This document shows positions 62,155-64,000 of a stretch of DNA of 64,000 nucleotides, one piece after another. The stretch's first letter is position 1; the number at the start of each line of letters is the position of its first letter. Location of the stretch: IMG/VR virus record IMGVR_UViG_3300035670_010029; one strand, 5' to 3'. A program made the translations under genes and the position numbers. Under the pieces are notes generated by a model, which saw only the letters and a program-made list of their open reading frames with translations, was not told the DNA's origin and did no database searches. Origin of the DNA: a virus.

Positions 62155-63222
62155 TTATTCAAAAGATAGTAACAGTCTTGTCTTATTGTATAGGTCGTCT
62201 CCTGAGATCACTATGACATCAGAAGCAAAAGAATATGGTCCCGTTCCGCTACTATTAACTGCAGCTACACGAAACATATAGGTTAAGCCATTGGTTAAGC
62301 CAGTAACAATAGCGAATAGGTCAGAACCTAATAGTGAAGGATAGTTTATCCAGGACTGGCCGTAATCTAAAGAGTATTGAACTACATAATTAGTAATTAC
62401 ATATTCACCATCACATTTGGGTGTGGTCCAAAATAAATATGCAGCAGAATCTAGTGCTGAGGCTACAAGATCTTGTGGAGCATCAGGTGGTCCAACGTAA
62501 GGCACACATTCTCCAAACGTATCTACACTATAACAGTCGGGACAAGATACGGCTTGTTCTATAATTTTAAGATCCCAGATATATGAAACAACTTCTTCAG
62601 GCGATAAAGCAGCATCAATACCTGCTATTAGATATGAGTATAAACTTAAAATAGCACTATTAGCACTAGTATATTTTTTATACAAAACTATTAATTGTTC
62701 ATAAGACAAAGACAGAGGCTGTCCATTAATATCATAAATAGTAGGCATAATAGCATTGGTGTCATTACTATATAATATGTTTGCAGACAAAACTGCTGTA
62801 GCTAAGTTAGCCTGTGCTTCTGTGGTTAAACCCAAAATGACTCTAGTTCCATCAGAGGTTGTGGTATTGTATCCTTGATCTATACGCGCTTTATATGCTT
62901 TATCAATAATTTCTTTTTGTGTGGCACGATACGTCTCTAACGGAGGTTCATCAGGAGTATTGCCGCAATCATCGAGCCAAATTCTATAACATTCCCATGC
63001 TGAAATAATATCAAATTCCTCGTTTGCTGAACATGGTTCGATAGTGAGGCTAGAAGTATTGGTCAAAAGTATTATATCATTAGTGTCTATGTCGAGACGA
63101 TATACAGGAGCATCAAAAGCAGAAACTGGTACTGCTCTAGTACCATCACTGATTGTTGCTGCATACTGATATCTATACTTATTACAACATAGATCGTTAA
63201 TGTTTTGATAATTACAAAGCAT
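62155..63222 (-). CDS. Cys-rich N-terminus + DUF4376-like domain + FN3
   Basis: EAQANL..IYDINGQPLSLSYEQL..IDAALSPEEV.SYIW resembles DUF4376. C-terminal FN3. Confidence 0.6.
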   Translation of the reverse strand: MLCNYQNINDLCCNKYRYQYAATISDGTRAVPVSAFDAPVYRLDIDTNDIILLTNTSSLTIEPCSANEEFDIISAWECYRIWLDDCGNTPDEPPLETYRATQKEIIDKAYKARIDQGYNTTTSDGTRVILGLTTEAQANLATAVLSANILYSNDTNAIMPTIYDINGQPLSLSYEQLIVLYKKYTSANSAILSLYSYLIAGIDAALSPEEVVSYIWDLKIIEQAVSCPDCYSVDTFGECVPYVGPPDAPQDLVASALDSAAYLFWTTPKCDGEYVITNYVVQYSLDYGQSWINYPSLLGSDLFAIVTGLTNGLTYMFRVAAVNSSGTGPYSFASDVIVISGDDLYNKTRLLLSFE

Positions 63223-63258
63223 GGTTAATAATATTAGACTTAATTGGATATATTGGTA

Positions 63259-63266
63259 TATACACC
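63259..63266 (-). promoter_or_regulatory. GGTGTAT(A/T) motif
   Basis: Intergenic, upstream of the 63222 start. Confidence 0.6.
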
Positions 63267-63278
63267 TATTGCAAATAA

Positions 63279-64000
63279 CTAGTACTGTATGGTAATCGGA
63301 CTATTCCAACCCGCGGTGTCTGTCCATCCAACTTCTGGAGGCTGTGGCGTATCAGCGGTATTGATCATGTACGGATTGTGGTTCATATACTGATAGTGCT
63401 TCAATTCCCATTGTGAGCCAGACCAGTAAATTAAAAACGCTCCACCAGCTAATCTATACTGCGGCTTTCCGTTGGTAATGCCATCAATAGCATACGTCCC
63501 TCTGTGTTCGAGTTGAGCGCCACTAGCCACCAGTAAAGACGGAGGAGCAATGTAGTTATTGGTAGCAAGCGGTGTTGCCGCATTGGATAAAGCAGACCAA
63601 GCGCTGGTGCCGCAAGTACTGATGCCAACCGCAGCAACTCTAAATACATATGCTAAACTATTAGATAGTCCGTAAATTAACGTAGATGTAGCAGAGGCGG
63701 GGGAAGTGTTGTCTGCAAAGCTGGTCCACGACACACCGCCATCGGAACTATATTGTACTATATAATCCACGACGATAACGTTGGTGACCGGTGCTGTCCA
63801 AGACAATGCAATTTGTTGATTGCCCGCCGCAGCAACCACAGATGTTGGCTGTGTTGGCGGACCATAGCACACAGTAATCGGACTATTCCAACCCGCGGTG
63901 TCTGTCCATCCAACTTCTGGAGGCTGTGGCGTATCAGCGGTATTGATCATGTACGGATTGTGGTTCATATACTGATAGTGCTTCAATTCCCATTGTGAGC
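63279..64000 (-). CDS. FN3-containing appendage protein with a duplicated small module (partial, starts beyond the right edge)
   Basis: The track start at 63986 is an internal TTG: by identity with the second repeat copy it is the Leu of WELKHY. The frame is open to the window edge. Confidence 0.8.
   Translation of the reverse strand, partial: SQWELKHYQYMNHNPYMINTADTPQPPEVGWTDTAGWNSPITVCYGPPTQPTSVVAAAGNQQIALSWTAPVTNVIVVDYIVQYSSDGGVSWTSFADNTSPASATSTLIYGLSNSLAYVFRVAAVGISTCGTSAWSALSNAATPLATNNYIAPPSLLVASGAQLEHRGTYAIDGITNGKPQYRLAGGAFLIYWSGSQWELKHYQYMNHNPYMINTADTPQPPEVGWTDTAGWNSPITIQY
63292..63418 (+). repeat. Perfect direct repeat, copy A (127 bp visible)
   Basis: Identical to 63874..64000, with a spacing of 582 bp (in frame). 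Confidence 0.95.
63874..64000 (+). repeat. Perfect direct repeat, copy B (continues off the window)
   Basis: Identical to 63292..63418. Confidence 0.95.

Noticed and set aside
59633-63222. Stop-codon readthrough or an alternative genetic code joining the split-domain genes
   Set aside because: The 61235-61288 gap has a second in-frame stop (TGA) after TAA, and the 62147-62154 gap is out of frame. Very long ORFs read cleanly in the standard code, and TAA, TAG and TGA all act as stops.
684-63998. Short plus-strand and nested minus-strand ORFs in the track (e.g. 13700..14368, 19109..19621, 50930..51256, 52539..53033)
   Set aside because: They are shadow frames of long minus-strand genes, with no recognisable motifs.
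63292-64000. Repeat pair as a diversity-generating retroelement TR/VR
   Set aside because: The copies are identical with no adenine-specific differences, both lie in frame in one gene, and no reverse transcriptase is in the window.
1-64000. tRNA, rRNA, CRISPR array, integrase/transposase or tail sheath genes
   Set aside because: None was recognised. Intergenic gaps are nearly all under ~110 nt and show no cloverleaf or repeat-spacer pattern.

Overview
This window is a 64-kb segment of the virion morphogenesis (late) region of a large, AT-rich (roughly 35% GC by eye) tailed dsDNA phage. It uses the standard genetic code and every credible gene is on the minus strand. Reading right to left in transcription order, it starts with ~13 kb of FN3, LamG-like lectin, discoidin and glycine-rich appendage genes. 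Next come a GT-A glycosyltransferase, a putative head-tail adaptor, and a ~23-kb block of fibre genes including a 4553-aa giant. These are followed by putative head-closure, neck, tail-terminator and tail-tube genes and two paralogous tail-chaperone-like genes. The window ends with a 5503-aa tape measure protein (TMP) and a >1469-aa fibre-like gene that runs off the left edge and is missing from the ORF track. No sheath gene is seen, so a non-contractile tail is likely. Four observations stand out. (1) The TMP looks like a polyprotein carrying PD-(D/E)xK nuclease-like, HEXXH metallopeptidase, protein-kinase-like and HAD phosphatase domains, bracketed by tandem double-glycine motifs and punctuated by a repeated DxVPAMLTPGEFV module. 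(2) Several appendage genes end or begin with complementary fragments of FN3 or LamG domains, suggesting strand-complementation assembly between separate proteins. (3) A DxH-type glycosyltransferase lies near a mucin-like Thr/Pro linker. (4) An intergenic GGTGTAT motif recurs upstream of genes. All product calls rest on by-eye motif recognition and gene order; no database search was possible.
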